This document shows positions 1 to 11,939 of a stretch of DNA of 64,000 nt, piece after piece. This DNA comes from an uncultured Bacteroidales bacterium (GTDB lineage: Bacteria > Bacteroidota > Bacteroidia > Bacteroidales > UBA1715): positions 1,582 to 65,581 of the forward strand of contig CAYFVM010000002.1 in assembly GCA_964346725.1 (NCBI GenBank), in the 5' to 3' direction. Numbering within the stretch: position 1 is the stretch's first letter; every line of letters begins with the position of its first letter. Under the pieces are notes generated by a model. The model made no database searches. It was not told where the DNA came from and worked only from the letters and a program-made list of their open reading frames with translations. Made by a program: the position numbers and the translations under genes.

Positions 1-272
1 AACGTCATGGTGGTACACCAATGCCTTTACGATTAAATGAAGTAAATCGTATTTTAGGGAAAGTTGATGAACTTGCCGAATGTGAAGAAGAAACCTCCGT
101 GCCGTTTGTTGTTGGAGAAGTTGTTAAAGTTACCGATGGACCTTTTAACGGGTTTTCTGGAATCATTGAGAAAATCAATGAAGAAAAGAAAAAAATTTCT
201 GTTGAAGTTAAGGTTTTCGGTAGAAAAACACTTCTTGAACTAGGATTTATGCAAGTGGAAAAGGAATCTTAA
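1..272 (+). CDS. nusG: Transcription termination/antitermination factor NusG, C-terminal KOW part (5' end outside window)
   Basis: The frame is open from the window edge. The KOW-like block GEVVKVTDGPFNGFSGIIEKINEEKKKISVEVKVFGRKT is present. It lies in the conserved nusG-rplKAJL-rpoBC synteny. Confidence 0.85.
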   Translation, partial: RHGGTPMPLRLNEVNRILGKVDELAECEEETSVPFVVGEVVKVTDGPFNGFSGIIEKINEEKKKISVEVKVFGRKTLLELGFMQVEKES

Positions 273-292
273 TAAATAAATAATAAAGCATT

Positions 293-733
293 ATGGCAAA
301 AGAAGTAGCAGGTCTAATCAAATTACAGATTAAAGGTGGTGCTGCAAATCCATCTCCCCCAGTAGGTCCAGCTCTTGGAGCAAAGGGTGTGAATATAATG
401 GAATTCTGCAAGCAGTTTAACGCAAGAACACAGGATCAAGCAGGAAAAGTTGTTCCTGTAATTATTACTGTGTACTCTGACAAATCATTTACTTTCATTC
501 TTAAAACCTCTCCTGTAGTAGTACAGTTGTTGGAAGTAGCAAAAGTAAAAAGTGGGTCAGCAGAACCAAATAGAAAAAAAGTTGCGAGTGTAACTTGGGA
601 TCAAGTAAAAGCTATCGCTGAATCAAAAATGCGTGATTTAAATTGTTTCACAATTCAATCAGGTATGGAAATGGTTGCAGGTACAGCACGTAGCATGGGT
701 ATAACAATTGAAGGTGAAAAACCGACACTCTAA
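293..733 (+). CDS. rplK: 50S ribosomal protein L11
   Basis: 146 aa. The N-terminus [44 protein letters not shown] is the canonical L11 signature. Synteny agrees. Confidence 0.97.
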   Translation: MAKEVAGLIKLQIKGGAANPSPPVGPALGAKGVNIMEFCKQFNARTQDQAGKVVPVIITVYSDKSFTFILKTSPVVVQLLEVAKVKSGSAEPNRKKVASVTWDQVKAIAESKMRDLNCFTIQSGMEMVAGTARSMGITIEGEKPTL

Positions 734-745
734 AACATTGAAACG

Positions 746-1435
746 ATGAAGCTTACGAAAAATAGAAAAGTTGCTCTAAGTAAAGTAGAAGCAGGCAAAG
801 CGTATGCCATTGACGATGCAGCAAAATTAGTAAAAGAAATTACTACCACAAAATTCGATGCATCTGTAGATATGGATATTCGTTTGGGTGTAGATCCTAA
901 GAAAGCAAATCAAATGGTACGTGGTGTTGTTACACTTCCTAATGGAACAGGTAAAAATGTTCGCGTATTGGTTCTTTGTACACCTGATAAAGAAAAAGAA
1001 GCAAAAGAAGCTGGAGCAGACTATTATGGTCTTGATGAATATGTTGAAAAAATCAAAAACGGTTGGACTGACGTAGACGTTATTATCACCATGCCTACAA
1101 TTATGGCGAAAATAGGTGCTCTTGGTAGAGTTCTTGGACCACGCGGTTTGATGCCAAATCCTAAAAGTGGAACAGTTACCATGGATATCGCAAAAGCTGT
1201 GATAGAGGTAAAAGCTGGTAAAATTGACTTTAAGGTTGATAAATTTGGTATTATCCACGCATCTATCGGAAAAGTATCATTTGCTCCTGAAGCCATTGTT
1301 GGCAATGCAAAAGAATTTGTTAACATGGTAAACAAATTAAAACCAGTGTCTGCAAAGGGAACTTATGTAAAAAGCATCTATATTTCTTCTACAATGAGTC
1401 CAGGCATTCAAGTAGATACAAAATCATTAATGTAA
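746..1435 (+). CDS. rplA: 50S ribosomal protein L1
   Basis: 229 aa. L1-type blocks are present ([39 protein letters not shown]). It directly follows rplK. Confidence 0.97.
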   Translation: MKLTKNRKVALSKVEAGKAYAIDDAAKLVKEITTTKFDASVDMDIRLGVDPKKANQMVRGVVTLPNGTGKNVRVLVLCTPDKEKEAKEAGADYYGLDEYVEKIKNGWTDVDVIITMPTIMAKIGALGRVLGPRGLMPNPKSGTVTMDIAKAVIEVKAGKIDFKVDKFGIIHASIGKVSFAPEAIVGNAKEFVNMVNKLKPVSAKGTYVKSIYISSTMSPGIQVDTKSLM

Positions 1436-1448
1436 AACGAGGATTGTT

Positions 1449-1970
1449 ATGGATATAGCACAAAAAAGAGATATAGTTGAAAGTATCGTTGCCAAAATTA
1501 ATGAAAACGGTCACTTTTACATTGCTGACATTGAAGCATTAAATGCTCAAGATACATCAGCACTTCGTGGAAAATGTTTTGAAAATAACATTGAAATAAT
1601 TGTAGTAAAAAATACTCTATTAAGAAAAGCTTTAGAACAAGTAGAAGGCGACTTCGAAGAACTTTATGGCGTTTTAAAGGGAACAACTTCTGTTTTATTC
1701 TGTAAGACAGCAAATGTTCCTGCAAAAATGATAAAAGAACTTCGTAACTCAGGAAAAGAAAAACCTGTACTTAAAGGCGCTTTTGCAGAACAATGTATCT
1801 ATATTGGCGATGATCAATTAGACGCATTAGCAACTATCAAATCTAAGGCAGAACTTATTGGAGACATTATTGCTCTTCTTCAATCACCTATGCAACAAGT
1901 TATTTCTTCTTTGGAATCAGGGAAAAATACTATTGCAGGAGTTGTAAAAACATTATCAGAAAAAGAATAA
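1449..1970 (+). CDS. rplJ: 50S ribosomal protein L10
   Basis: 173 aa. It lies between rplA and rplL, and its length and composition are L10-like. Confidence 0.9.
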   Translation: MDIAQKRDIVESIVAKINENGHFYIADIEALNAQDTSALRGKCFENNIEIIVVKNTLLRKALEQVEGDFEELYGVLKGTTSVLFCKTANVPAKMIKELRNSGKEKPVLKGAFAEQCIYIGDDQLDALATIKSKAELIGDIIALLQSPMQQVISSLESGKNTIAGVVKTLSEKE

Positions 1971-2008
1971 ATAAATAATAAGTAGTAACATTTTTAATTA
2001 AACACATT

Positions 2009-2386
2009 ATGGCAGATTTAAAAGCATTAGCAGAAGAACTAGTAAATCTTAGCGTAAAAGACGTAAAAGAATTAGCTGACATTCTTAAAAACGAATATGG
2101 TATTGAACCAGCTGCAGCAGCAGTAGCAGTAGCAGCTTCAGCAGCAGGTGCAGCAGCAAGTGCAGCTGAAGAAAAAACTGAATTCGATGTAATCTTGAAA
2201 TCAGCAGGTGCAGCTAAATTACAAGTTGTAAAAGTTGTAAAAGAACTTACTGGTCTAGGATTGAAAGAAGCTAAAGATATTTGCGACCAAGCTCCAAAAG
2301 CAGTGAAAGAAAAAGTTTCTAAAGAAGAAGCTGAAAAAATCAAATCAGAATTAGAAGCAGCGGGAGCAGAAGTTGAACTTAAGTAG
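2009..2386 (+). CDS. rplL: 50S ribosomal protein L7/L12
   Basis: 125 aa. It has an Ala-rich hinge ([22 protein letters not shown]) and the C-terminal [17 protein letters not shown]...[10 protein letters not shown] typical of L7/L12. Confidence 0.97.
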   Translation: MADLKALAEELVNLSVKDVKELADILKNEYGIEPAAAAVAVAASAAGAAASAAEEKTEFDVILKSAGAAKLQVVKVVKELTGLGLKEAKDICDQAPKAVKEKVSKEEAEKIKSELEAAGAEVELK

Positions 2387-2411
2387 GATTAAATAATCTT
2401 ATAATTTCATA

Positions 2412-2446
2412 GGTTTTAGCCACATTTGTGGCTAAAACCTTTTCTC
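2412..2446 (+). terminator. rplL-rpoB intergenic hairpin plus U-tract (attenuator/partial terminator)
   Basis: Perfect 13-nt arms GGTTTTAGCCACA (2412-2424) and TGTGGCTAAAACC (2427-2439) are followed by TTTTCTC. The position matches the known partial terminator between rplL and rpoB in other bacteria. Confidence 0.75.
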
Positions 2447-2479
2447 ATACAATTAAGTTCAATATTTCAACTTTTCGCA

Positions 2480-5400
2480 ATGAAGACAAAGGAAAGAGTT
2501 AACTTCTCATCAATTAAAAATAAATTAGACTATCCTGATTTCCTAGAAATTCAGTTGAAGTCTTTTAACGAGTTCTTTAAAGTAGATTCAACTCAAGAAG
2601 AACGTAAAAACGAAGGTTTAAGTGAAGTTTTCAATGAAAATTTCCCAATCGCTGATACCCGTAATAATTTCATACTAGAATTTCTTGACTATCAATTAGA
2701 TCCGCCAAGATATTCAATAGAAGAATGTTTGGAAAGAGGATTAACCTTTAGCATTCCTCTGAAAGCGAAGTTAAAGTTATATTGTACAGATCCTGAACAC
2801 GAGGATTTCGAAACAGTTGTACAAGATGTATATCTTGGAACAATTCCATTTATGACTCCACGAGGAACGTTTGTTATAAATGGTGCAGAACGTGTTGTTG
2901 TTTCTCAACTACATCGTTCTCCGGGCGTATTCTTTGGCCAAAGCATCCACTCTAACGGAACAAAATTGTATTCTGCCAGAATCATACCTTTTAAAGGTTC
3001 TTGGATAGAATTCGCCACAGATATAAACGGTGTAATGTACGCATACATTGACCGTAAAAAGAAATTACCAGTAACCACTTTACTCCGTGCTATAGGTTTT
3101 GAATGTGATAAAGACATTCTTGAAATTTTTGACCTTGCCGAAGAAATAAAAGTATCAAAGACCGGCTTGAAAAAAGTTGAAGGTCGTAAATTAGCTGCGA
3201 GAGTTCTAAAATCATGGATTGAAGATTTCGTAGATGAAGATACCGGTGAAGTTGTTTCAATAGAAAGAAATGAAATCATTGTCGAACGTGAAGTTATCAT
3301 AACGAAAGAACATATCGATATGATTCTTGAGTCTGGTCAAAAAACTATCTTGTTGCACAAGGAAGACCAAAACTCATCTGATTTCGACATTATTTATAAT
3401 ACATTACAAAAAGACCCTTGTAACTCAGAGAAAGAGGCAATTTTTTATATTTATCGCCAATTGCGTAACGCTGAACCACCAGATGAAGCTACCGCACGCG
3501 ATATTATTGATAAATTATTCTTCTCTGACAAGCGTTATGATTTGGGTGAAGTTGGTCGTTATAGAATCAACGCCAAATTGTATAGCAATTTAGGTCCTAA
3601 CGAAGAAAAAGAAACTACGCGAGTTTTGACGAAGAAAGATATTATTGAAATTATCAAATATCTTATCCAACTTATAAACTCAAAAGCTGATGTTGACGAT
3701 ATTGACCACTTAAGTAACCGTCGTGTTAGAACAGTGGGCGAACAATTGCGCAACCAGTTTGGCGTTGGTTTGGCTCGTATGTCAAGAACCATTCGTGAAA
3801 GAATGAACGTTCGTGACAACGAAGTATTCACACCAATAGAATTGATTAACTCAAAGACACTTTCTTCTGTTATCAATTCATTCTTTGGAACTAACCAATT
3901 GTCTCAGTTTATGCAACAAACCAACCCGCTTGATGAAATGACCCACAAACGAAGACTTTCTGCACTTGGTCCTGGCGGTTTGTCAAGAGAAAGAGCAGGT
4001 TTCGAGGTACGTGACGTTCACTATACTCATTATGGTCGTCTTTGTCCTATCGAAACTCCTGAAGGTCCGAACATTGGTCTTATTTCTTCATTGTGCGTGT
4101 TTGCAAAGGTAAACGATCTTGGATTTATAGAAACTCCATATAGAAAGGTAGCAAATGGTAAAGTTGATCTTTCAGAAAGTGGTGTCGTTTATTTGAGCGC
4201 AGAAGAAGAAGAAGAGAAAACTATTGCACAAGCAGATACTCCATTGAAAGCCAACGGAGAATTTGATGCCAATAGAATTAAAGCTCGTAAAGAAGCTGAT
4301 TTCCCTATCACGGGTCCAGAAGATATTACTTTGATAGATGTGGCACCAAATCAGATTACATCAATTGCTGCGTCTTTAATTCCTTTCTTGGAGCATGATG
4401 ATGCTAACCGTGCGTTGATGGGATCTAACATGATGCGTCAGTCTGTGCCTCTATTAAAGGCAGATGCGCCTATTGTTGGTACCGGAATAGAACGTCAGGT
4501 TATTCATGATTCTCGTGTTCAAGTAATGGCAGAAGGCAACGGAGTTATTGAATATGTTGATGCTCGCGAAATTCGTGTTCGTTATGATAGAACAGAAGAA
4601 GAAACTTTCGTAAGTTTTGACGATAACTTGACTGTGTATCCTATTATCAAATTCAGAAAAACTAACCAAAACACTTGTATTAATCTTCGTCCAATAGTGG
4701 AAAAAGGTGAAAGAGTAGTTAAGGGACAGTGTTTAACTGAAGGATATTCTACTCAAAACGGAGAATTAGCAATAGGACGAAATTTAAAAGTTGCGTTCAT
4801 GCCTTGGAAGGGTTACAACTTCGAGGATGCTATTGTGATTTCTGAACGTGTTGTTCGTGAAGATACAATGACATCTATTCACATTGATGAACACATATTG
4901 GAAGTACGTGATACAAAACGTGGAAGTGAAGAGTTTACATCTGATATTCCAAATGTGAGCGAGGATGCTATTAAAAACTTGGACGAACATGGACTTATTC
5001 GTATTGGAGCAACAGTAAAACCAGGCGATATTTTAATTGGTAAGATTACTCCAAAAGGAGAATCAGATCCTTCACCTGAAGAAAAATTGTTGCGTGCTAT
5101 ATTTGGTGATAAAGCCGGAGATGTTAAAGATGCATCATTGAAAGCTCGTCCATCATTATATGGTACAGTAATTGACAAAAAATTATTCACAAGAACGGTT
5201 AAGGATAGAAAAACAAAAGCAAACGAAAAACCAATTCTTGAAGGTTACAAAGCTGAATACGAGGCAAACTACAAGAAAATAAAAGACATCCTAGTTCAAA
5301 AACTTTTCAAACTTGTTGAAGGTAAAACATCACAAGGAGTGAAAGATTACGCAGGAAATGTCCTTATTTCAAAAGGTTCTAAGTTTACTCAAAAATCACT

Positions 5401-6301
5401 TAACGAAATTGAAGATTTTACATCGGTTATCACTGAAAAATGGACAACTGATACTTCAAAGAATGATTTGATTTCAAGTTTGCTTCACAATTTCTGCAAG
5501 AAACAGAAAGAAATCGAGGGAGAATATAAACGTAAAGAATACGCTATTTCCGTTGGAGACGAACTCCCTGCTGGAATCATGCAGTTGGCTAAAGTTTACA
5601 TTGCGCAAAAACGTAAATTGAAAGTCGGTGATAAGATGGCAGGTCGTCACGGTAACAAAGGTATCGTTTCTCGTATCGTAAGAGATGAGGATATGCCTTT
5701 CTTGGAAGACGGAACTATTGTAGATATCGTATTGAACCCTCTTGGTGTGCCTTCTCGTATGAACATAGGACAGATTTATGAAACTGTTCTAGGTTGGGCC
5801 GGAAAAGAATTAGGTTTGAATTTTGCAACCCCAATCTTTGATGGTGCATCACTTGAAGACATTACTGAATACACTCGCAAAGCAGGAGTTCCTGATTATG
5901 GTAAAACATATTTGTACGATGGTGGAACAGGAGAACGTTTTGACCAACCGGCAACTGTAGGTGTAATCTATATGCTGAAATTGGGACACTTAATTGATGA
6001 TAAGATGCATGCTCGTTCAATCGGACCATACTCATTGATTACGCAACAACCACTTGGAGGTAAAGCTCAATTTGGAGGTCAACGTTTCGGAGAAATGGAG
6101 GTTTGGGCAATCGAAGCATTCGGTGCATCAAATGTGTTGCAAGAAATTTTAACGATAAAATCTGATGATGTGATGGGCCGTGCTAAAGCATACGAAGCAA
6201 TCGTAAAAGGTGAGCCTCTTCCGACACCAGGATTACCGGAATCTTTCAACGTATTGTTGCATGAATTACGAGGATTGAGTCTCAATATAGATTTTGAATA
6301 A
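2480..6301 (+). CDS. rpoB: DNA-directed RNA polymerase beta subunit
   Basis: About 1273 aa, with many RpoB blocks (e.g. [64 protein letters not shown]). I chose the ATG at 2480 (MKTKERVNF) because the TTG at 2426 lies inside the terminator hairpin. Confidence 0.97.
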   Translation: MKTKERVNFSSIKNKLDYPDFLEIQLKSFNEFFKVDSTQEERKNEGLSEVFNENFPIADTRNNFILEFLDYQLDPPRYSIEECLERGLTFSIPLKAKLKLYCTDPEHEDFETVVQDVYLGTIPFMTPRGTFVINGAERVVVSQLHRSPGVFFGQSIHSNGTKLYSARIIPFKGSWIEFATDINGVMYAYIDRKKKLPVTTLLRAIGFECDKDILEIFDLAEEIKVSKTGLKKVEGRKLAARVLKSWIEDFVDEDTGEVVSIERNEIIVEREVIITKEHIDMILESGQKTILLHKEDQNSSDFDIIYNTLQKDPCNSEKEAIFYIYRQLRNAEPPDEATARDIIDKLFFSDKRYDLGEVGRYRINAKLYSNLGPNEEKETTRVLTKKDIIEIIKYLIQLINSKADVDDIDHLSNRRVRTVGEQLRNQFGVGLARMSRTIRERMNVRDNEVFTPIELINSKTLSSVINSFFGTNQLSQFMQQTNPLDEMTHKRRLSALGPGGLSRERAGFEVRDVHYTHYGRLCPIETPEGPNIGLISSLCVFAKVNDLGFIETPYRKVANGKVDLSESGVVYLSAEEEEEKTIAQADTPLKANGEFDANRIKARKEADFPITGPEDITLIDVAPNQITSIAASLIPFLEHDDANRALMGSNMMRQSVPLLKADAPIVGTGIERQVIHDSRVQVMAEGNGVIEYVDAREIRVRYDRTEEETFVSFDDNLTVYPIIKFRKTNQNTCINLRPIVEKGERVVKGQCLTEGYSTQNGELAIGRNLKVAFMPWKGYNFEDAIVISERVVREDTMTSIHIDEHILEVRDTKRGSEEFTSDIPNVSEDAIKNLDEHGLIRIGATVKPGDILIGKITPKGESDPSPEEKLLRAIFGDKAGDVKDASLKARPSLYGTVIDKKLFTRTVKDRKTKANEKPILEGYKAEYEANYKKIKDILVQKLFKLVEGKTSQGVKDYAGNVLISKGSKFTQKSLNEIEDFTSVITEKWTTDTSKNDLISSLLHNFCKKQKEIEGEYKRKEYAISVGDELPAGIMQLAKVYIAQKRKLKVGDKMAGRHGNKGIVSRIVRDEDMPFLEDGTIVDIVLNPLGVPSRMNIGQIYETVLGWAGKELGLNFATPIFDGASLEDITEYTRKAGVPDYGKTYLYDGGTGERFDQPATVGVIYMLKLGHLIDDKMHARSIGPYSLITQQPLGGKAQFGGQRFGEMEVWAIEAFGASNVLQEILTIKSDDVMGRAKAYEAIVKGEPLPTPGLPESFNVLLHELRGLSLNIDFE

Positions 6302-6336
6302 GCAATTGCATTAATAAATTTTAAAGTTCATAGGAT

Positions 6337-9300
6337 ATGGCTTTTAGAAAAGACACAAAAATTAAAAATAACTTTTCAAAAATTAGCATAAGTTTGGCGT
6401 CACCAGAAGATATTTTGGATCGTTCAAGCGGCGAAGTTTTGAAACCGGAAACTATCAATTACAGAACATATAAACCAGAACGCGACGGTTTGTTTTGTGA
6501 AAGAATTTTCGGTCCGGTAAAAGACTATGAATGTCACTGCGGTAAATACAAACGTATTCGTTACAAAGGAATTATCTGTGATAGATGTGGTGTTGAAGTA
6601 ACAGAAAAGAAAGTTCGTCGTGAAAGAAGCGGACATATTAATTTGATTGTTCCTGTTGCTCACATTTGGTACTTCCGTTCTTTACCTAACAAAATCGGAT
6701 ATCTTCTAGGCTTACCAACAAAGAAACTTGATTCAATAATTTACTACGAACGTTATATTGTTGTTCAAGCAGGTATTAAGAAAGCCGATGGTATTTATGA
6801 TATGGATCTTCTTACTGAAGAAGAATATTTGAATATTACCGAAACATTACCAAAAGAAAATGAAGCATTAGATAATAGCGATCCAAACAAATTTATCGCT
6901 ATGATGGGTGCTGAAGCGTTAGAAGAATTGCTTAAACGAATCAATCTTGATGAATTGTCATATTCATTGCGTGACCAAGCAAGCAAAGAAACTTCTCAAC
7001 AAAGAAAGAACGAAGCTCTTAAACGTTTGCAAGTAATAGAAGCTTTCCGTGAATCAGTTGGAAAGAACAAACCAGAATGGATGATTTTGAAATGTATTCC
7101 GGTTATTCCACCGGAACTTCGTCCACTTGTTCCACTTGATGGCGGTCGTTTTGCTACATCAGATTTGAATGACTTGTATCGTCGTGTTATTATTAGAAAT
7201 AACCGTTTGAAACGTTTGATTGAAATCAAAGCTCCTGAAGTAATTCTACGTAACGAAAAACGTATGTTGCAAGAAGCCGTTGATTCTTTATTCGACAACT
7301 CACGAAAAACAAATGCAGCAAAAACTGAAGCAAACCGTTCACTTAAATCATTAAGCGATAGTTTGAAAGGTAAACAAGGTCGTTTCCGTCAGAATTTGTT
7401 GGGTAAACGTGTTGACTATTCAGCTCGTTCAGTAATTGTCGTAGGACCTACATTGAAATTGCACGAATGTGGTATTCCTAAAGACATGGCTGCTGAACTT
7501 TATAAACCGTTCATTATTAAAAAGTTAATAGAACGAGGTATCGTAAAAACTGTAAAATCTGCAAAGAAAATTGTAGATAGAAAAGATGCAGTTATTTGGG
7601 ATATTTTGGAAAATGTATTGAAAGGACATCCAGTATTACTAAACCGTGCTCCGACATTGCACCGCTTGGGTATTCAAGCATTCCAACCTAAAATGATTGA
7701 AGGAAAAGCTATTCAACTTCACCCACTCGCATGTACGGCATTCAACGCCGATTTCGATGGTGACCAGATGGCTGTCCATCTTCCATTGGGAAATGCTGCT
7801 ATACTTGAAGCACAAATCCTTATGTTGTCATCACACAACATTTTGAACCCAGCGAATGGAGCTCCTATCAAGGTGCCTTCTCAAGATATGGTGCTTGGTT
7901 TGTACTATATAACTAAAGAATTAGCTGGCGCAAAAGGTGAAGGTACTGTATTCTATTCTTCAGAAGAAGCTCTTATTGCTTATAATGAGAAAAAAGCAGA
8001 ACTTCATGCTAAAGTTAAAGTAATGTTCACCGACATGAATGGTAAAAAATCATTGATTGATACCACTGTTGGTAGAATTATTTTCAACGAAATAGTACCA
8101 GAAGAAGTTGGTTATATCAATAAATTGTTGACCAAAAAATCATTGCGTGACATTATTACCGATGTATTGAAAGTTGCAGGAACTCCAAAAACTTCAGATT
8201 TCTTGGATGATATCAAGAATCTAGGTTACAGCATGGCGTTCAAAGGTGGATTGTCATTTAATTTGGCTGATGTTATAATTCCTCCAGAAAAGGTTGAATT
8301 AGTAAATGCTGGCTACAAGCAAGTAGAAGACGTAATGAATAACTATAATATGGGTTTCATTACAAACAACGAACGCTACAATCAAATTATTGATATTTGG
8401 ACACATACCAATGCAAACTTAACTAACATTGTGATGAAACAATTGAGCGAAGACCGTGGTGGTTTCAACTCAGTATACATGATGTTGGATTCTGGAGCTC
8501 GTGGTTCTAAAGAGCAGATTCGTCAGTTAAGTGGTATGCGTGGTTTGATGGCGAAACCTCAGAAATCAGGCGCTGTGGGAAATGAAATTATTGAAAACCC
8601 AATCTTGTCAAACTTCAAGGAAGGTTTGTCAGTCTTGGAATACTTCATTTCTACTCACGGTGCTCGTAAGGGTTTGGCCGATACCGCTTTGAAAACTGCC
8701 GATGCTGGTTATTTGACAAGACGTTTGGTTGACGTTTCTCACGATGTTATCATTACTCAAGAAGATTGTGGAACATTGCGTGGCTTGATTGCTACTGCTG
8801 TTAAGAATAATGATGAAGTTGTAGAATCATTATATGATAGAATTTTAGGTAGAACTTGTGTTCACGATGTATATCATCCACAAACTGGAGAATTGATTGT
8901 GAAAGCTGGAGATGAAATAACAGAATCAGTTGCTCAAGCAATTGAAGATTCTCCAATTGAACAAGTAGAAATTCGTTCGGTATTAACTTGTGAATCACGC
9001 AAGGGTGTTTGTGCAAAATGTTACGGTCGTAACCTTGCAACAGCTCGTATGGTTCAAAAGGGTGAAGTTGTTGGTGTTATTGCAGCACAGTCAATCGGTG
9101 AACCAGGTACTCAGTTGACTCTTCGTACATTCCACGTCGGTGGTACAGCATCAAATATCGCAGCTGATTCTTCTCTTGTTTCAAAATACGATGGTATTGT
9201 TGAAATAGAAGAATTAAGAATGGTAGAGGGTGAAGATGAAACTGGAGCAAAAGTTGATATTGTAATCGGTCGTCTTGCTGAATTAAAAATCGTTGATAAG

Positions 9301-10578
9301 AATACAAGAAGTGTTTTGACAACTCAAAACATTCAATATGGTTCTAAATTGATGGTTAAAAACCACACAGAAGTAACAAAAGGTACGCTTATCTGTTCAT
9401 GGGATCCATACAATGCGTCAATTATTTCAGAATCAGCAGGTAAGATTGCTTTCGAAAATGTAACTAAAGATGTAACCTATAAAGCTGAATCCGATGAACA
9501 AACCGGTTTCGAAGAAAAGGTTATTATAGAATCAAAGGATAGAACTAAGAACCCAATCATTAAGATTGTAGACAAGAGTGGTGAAACACTTCACACATAC
9601 AACTTGCCAGTTGGAGCTCACATTACTGTGAATGAAGGTGACAAGGTTAAAATTGGTCAAATCCTTGTGAAAATCCCACGTGCTATTGGTAAATCTGGTG
9701 ATATTACCGGTGGTCTTCCTCGTCTTACTGAATTGTTTGAGGCTCGAAACCCATCAAATCCTGCAGTAGTTTCAGAAATTGATGGAGAGGTAGCTTTCGG
9801 TAAAATTAAGAGAGGTAACCGTGAAATTATCGTAACGGCAAAAACAGGTGAAGAAAAGAAGTATCTTATTCCTCTTTCAAAACAAATCCTTGTTCAAGAA
9901 AACGATTACGTAAAAGCTGGAACAAGTTTGTCTGATGGTTCTATCACTCCTTCTGATATTCTTGCTATTATGGGTCCAACGAGAGTACAAGAGTATATCG
10001 TAAACGAAGTACAATCCGTTTACCGTCTACAAGGTGTGAAGATTAACGACAAACATTTCGAGGTTATCGTTCGTCAAATGATGAGAAAAGTTCAAATTGA
10101 AGATCAAGGCGATAGCAAATTCTTGGAAGGTGAAATCGTTGACCGTTGGGAATTTATGGACGAAAACGATAGAATTTACGAAAAGAAAGTCGTTACCAAT
10201 GCCGGTGATTCTGAAGATTTGAAACCGGGACAAATCATTACTGTTCGTCAGTTGCGCGATGTAAATTCACAATTGAAACGTAAAGATTTGAATTTGGTTG
10301 AAGTTCGTGATGCGCATCCTGCTACTGCTAGTCAGATTTTGCAAGGTATTACAAGAGCATCTTTGCAAACTCACAGCTGGATTTCAGCATCTTCATTCCA
10401 GGAAACAACTAAGGTTCTTAACGAAGCTGCCATCAATGCAAAAGTTGATGATTTGGAAGGCTTGAAAGAGAACGTTATCATTGGTCATAAGATTCCAGCC
10501 GGAACAGGTTTGAAGAAATATGAAGAAATGATAGTTGGGTCTAAAGAAGACTATGCAAAACTAAGAGACAAAGAATAG
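6337..10578 (+). CDS. rpoC: DNA-directed RNA polymerase beta' subunit
   Basis: 1413 aa. It has the Zn-finger [23 protein letters not shown] and the catalytic [12 protein letters not shown] motif. It follows rpoB. Confidence 0.98.
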   Translation: MAFRKDTKIKNNFSKISISLASPEDILDRSSGEVLKPETINYRTYKPERDGLFCERIFGPVKDYECHCGKYKRIRYKGIICDRCGVEVTEKKVRRERSGHINLIVPVAHIWYFRSLPNKIGYLLGLPTKKLDSIIYYERYIVVQAGIKKADGIYDMDLLTEEEYLNITETLPKENEALDNSDPNKFIAMMGAEALEELLKRINLDELSYSLRDQASKETSQQRKNEALKRLQVIEAFRESVGKNKPEWMILKCIPVIPPELRPLVPLDGGRFATSDLNDLYRRVIIRNNRLKRLIEIKAPEVILRNEKRMLQEAVDSLFDNSRKTNAAKTEANRSLKSLSDSLKGKQGRFRQNLLGKRVDYSARSVIVVGPTLKLHECGIPKDMAAELYKPFIIKKLIERGIVKTVKSAKKIVDRKDAVIWDILENVLKGHPVLLNRAPTLHRLGIQAFQPKMIEGKAIQLHPLACTAFNADFDGDQMAVHLPLGNAAILEAQILMLSSHNILNPANGAPIKVPSQDMVLGLYYITKELAGAKGEGTVFYSSEEALIAYNEKKAELHAKVKVMFTDMNGKKSLIDTTVGRIIFNEIVPEEVGYINKLLTKKSLRDIITDVLKVAGTPKTSDFLDDIKNLGYSMAFKGGLSFNLADVIIPPEKVELVNAGYKQVEDVMNNYNMGFITNNERYNQIIDIWTHTNANLTNIVMKQLSEDRGGFNSVYMMLDSGARGSKEQIRQLSGMRGLMAKPQKSGAVGNEIIENPILSNFKEGLSVLEYFISTHGARKGLADTALKTADAGYLTRRLVDVSHDVIITQEDCGTLRGLIATAVKNNDEVVESLYDRILGRTCVHDVYHPQTGELIVKAGDEITESVAQAIEDSPIEQVEIRSVLTCESRKGVCAKCYGRNLATARMVQKGEVVGVIAAQSIGEPGTQLTLRTFHVGGTASNIAADSSLVSKYDGIVEIEELRMVEGEDETGAKVDIVIGRLAELKIVDKNTRSVLTTQNIQYGSKLMVKNHTEVTKGTLICSWDPYNASIISESAGKIAFENVTKDVTYKAESDEQTGFEEKVIIESKDRTKNPIIKIVDKSGETLHTYNLPVGAHITVNEGDKVKIGQILVKIPRAIGKSGDITGGLPRLTELFEARNPSNPAVVSEIDGEVAFGKIKRGNREIIVTAKTGEEKKYLIPLSKQILVQENDYVKAGTSLSDGSITPSDILAIMGPTRVQEYIVNEVQSVYRLQGVKINDKHFEVIVRQMMRKVQIEDQGDSKFLEGEIVDRWEFMDENDRIYEKKVVTNAGDSEDLKPGQIITVRQLRDVNSQLKRKDLNLVEVRDAHPATASQILQGITRASLQTHSWISASSFQETTKVLNEAAINAKVDDLEGLKENVIIGHKIPAGTGLKKYEEMIVGSKEDYAKLRDKE

Positions 10579-10600
10579 ATTTTTTGTTCTAAATAGTAAA

Positions 10601-10639
10601 AGAAGACAAGGAGTTTAATTTCCTTGTCTTCTTTTTTTA
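10601..10639 (+). terminator. Rho-independent terminator after rpoC
   Basis: A perfect 12-bp stem, AGAAGACAAGGA (10601-10612) / TCCTTGTCTTCT (10621-10632), has an 8-nt loop and is followed by a T-run at 10633-10638. Confidence 0.85.
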
Positions 10640-10665
10640 TATATTTCACAACTAAAAAGAAAAAT

Positions 10666-10971
10666 ATGGAAAATAAAGAACAACAACAAATTAGTATAGA
10701 TTTACCATCAGAAGTGGCTGACGGTATATATTCAAATTTAGCTATCATTTCTCATTCAAATGCAGAGTTTATACTTGACTTTGTACGAATGATGCCGGGA
10801 GTGCCAAAGGCAAAAGTTATGTCAAGAATTATTTTGACACCGGAGCATGCAAAAAAATTATTGATGGCATTGCAAGACAATGTTCAAAAATATGAACAAC
10901 ACAATGGCCAAATAAAAGAAACCAAAAACTTCCCGTTGCCAAACCTTGGTTCAGGTTCTGCACAAGCATAG
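10666..10971 (+). CDS. DUF3467-like small protein
   Basis: About 101 aa from the ATG at 10666 (MENKEQQQISIDL...YSNLAIISHSNAEFILDF). This pattern matches my recollection of DUF3467 proteins commonly encoded after rpoC in Bacteroidota. The longer ORF start at 10624 overlaps the terminator. Confidence 0.6.
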   Translation: MENKEQQQISIDLPSEVADGIYSNLAIISHSNAEFILDFVRMMPGVPKAKVMSRIILTPEHAKKLLMALQDNVQKYEQHNGQIKETKNFPLPNLGSGSAQA

Positions 10972-10975
10972 TAGC

Positions 10976-11710
10976 ATGGAAAAACAAGATTTTATATATG
11001 GCCCTCATGCGGTGCTTGAAGCATTGCAAGAAGGGAAAACTATAGACCAAATATTCATAAAGAAACAATCTGATAACGAACAAATCAGAGAAGTTATTTA
11101 TTTGGCTCGAAAACGAAATGTTACCGTTAAAAGTGTGCCAATTGAAAAATTGAATAGAATAACTCGAAAAGCACACCAAGGAATAGTCGCTTTTGTTTCT
11201 CCAATTGAATTTCAAGATATCGAGCGCATTGTTCCTTCTTTGTATGAAGAAGGTAAAGTGCCTTTTTTGGTTATTTTAGACGAAATATGTGATGTGAGAA
11301 ATTTTGGTGCAATTACCAGAACGTGCGAATGTATGGGCGTTGACGCTATTATTATTCCACAAAAAGGTGCAGCCCAAATAGGTGCCGATGCGGTGAAAAC
11401 GTCGGCTGGTGCTTTGTTCAAAATTCCAATTTGTAAGGTGTCGTCTCTAAAAAATACGATTACTTTCTTGCAAGAGTCCGGCATACAAGTAATTTGTGCC
11501 GCAGAGAAATTTTCAGAAAACTGCTATGATGTTGACATGACGCAACCCATAGCGCTTGTGTTTGGTGCAGAGGAAGATGGAATTGAAGCTTCCATTATAG
11601 AAAAAGCCGATGCTTGCATAAAAATTCCAATGAAGGGAGAAATTTCTTCATTAAACGTTTCTGCCGCTACCGCTATGTGCGTGTATGAGGTTTGTAGACA
11701 AAGAAAATAA
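10976..11710 (+). CDS. SpoU/TrmH-family RNA 2'-O-methyltransferase (RlmB-like)
   Basis: The start at ATG 10976 (MEKQDFIYGPHAVLEAL) lies just after the upstream stop. The SpoU substrate-binding N-terminus and the C-terminal knot motifs (LVFGAEEDGI, IPMKGEISSLNVSAA) are present. Confidence 0.85.
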   Translation: MEKQDFIYGPHAVLEALQEGKTIDQIFIKKQSDNEQIREVIYLARKRNVTVKSVPIEKLNRITRKAHQGIVAFVSPIEFQDIERIVPSLYEEGKVPFLVILDEICDVRNFGAITRTCECMGVDAIIIPQKGAAQIGADAVKTSAGALFKIPICKVSSLKNTITFLQESGIQVICAAEKFSENCYDVDMTQPIALVFGAEEDGIEASIIEKADACIKIPMKGEISSLNVSAATAMCVYEVCRQRK

Positions 11711-11790
11711 GAGCTTAACGCAGTTCGATGATTAGGGTTTATTCCAATCAACAAAAGAACATTTTCCCATCTTAGATTCTTATAAATTTT

Positions 11791-11798
11791 TATATTTG
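11791..11798 (+). promoter_or_regulatory. Candidate Bacteroidota -7 promoter box (TAnnTTTG) for the thi operon
   Basis: TATATTTG lies 8 nt upstream of the first base of the riboswitch P1 stem. No clean -33 TTTG was seen. Confidence 0.4.
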
Positions 11799-11805
11799 TT
11801 CCATA

Positions 11806-11884
11806 ATTGTTAGGGGTGCCATGAGAGTGGCTGAGATTATACCCTGTGAACTTGATTTGTATAATTACAACGAAAGGAAACAAT
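11806..11884 (+). promoter_or_regulatory. TPP (THI-box) riboswitch aptamer
   Basis: P1 is ATTGTT (11806-11811) / AACAAT (11879-11884). The conserved cores are AGGGGTGCC...GGCTGAGATTATACCC...TGAACTTGAT...ATAAT...CGAAAGGAA. It lies upstream of a thiamine operon. Confidence 0.92.
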
Positions 11885-11939
11885 CTCTCAGGCTGTTTAG
11901 CCAAACGTGTGTATCCCCTTTCGCTTAAAAGGAAAAAAA

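Noticed and set aside
2426-2479. A TTG-initiated 18-codon N-terminal extension of rpoB ([18 protein letters not shown]).
   Set aside because: The TTG lies in the loop between the two arms of the rplL terminator hairpin, and the extension is not RpoB-like. The ATG at 2480 gives the conserved N-terminus.
827-10233. Numerous 60-140-aa minus-strand ORFs lie inside rplA, rplL, rpoB and rpoC (e.g. 827-1258, 1930-2343, 2905-3300, 6996-7298, 9077-9322).
   Set aside because: They are entirely antisense to strongly supported conserved genes, have low-complexity or shadow-frame composition, and resemble no family. I treated them as frame shadows.
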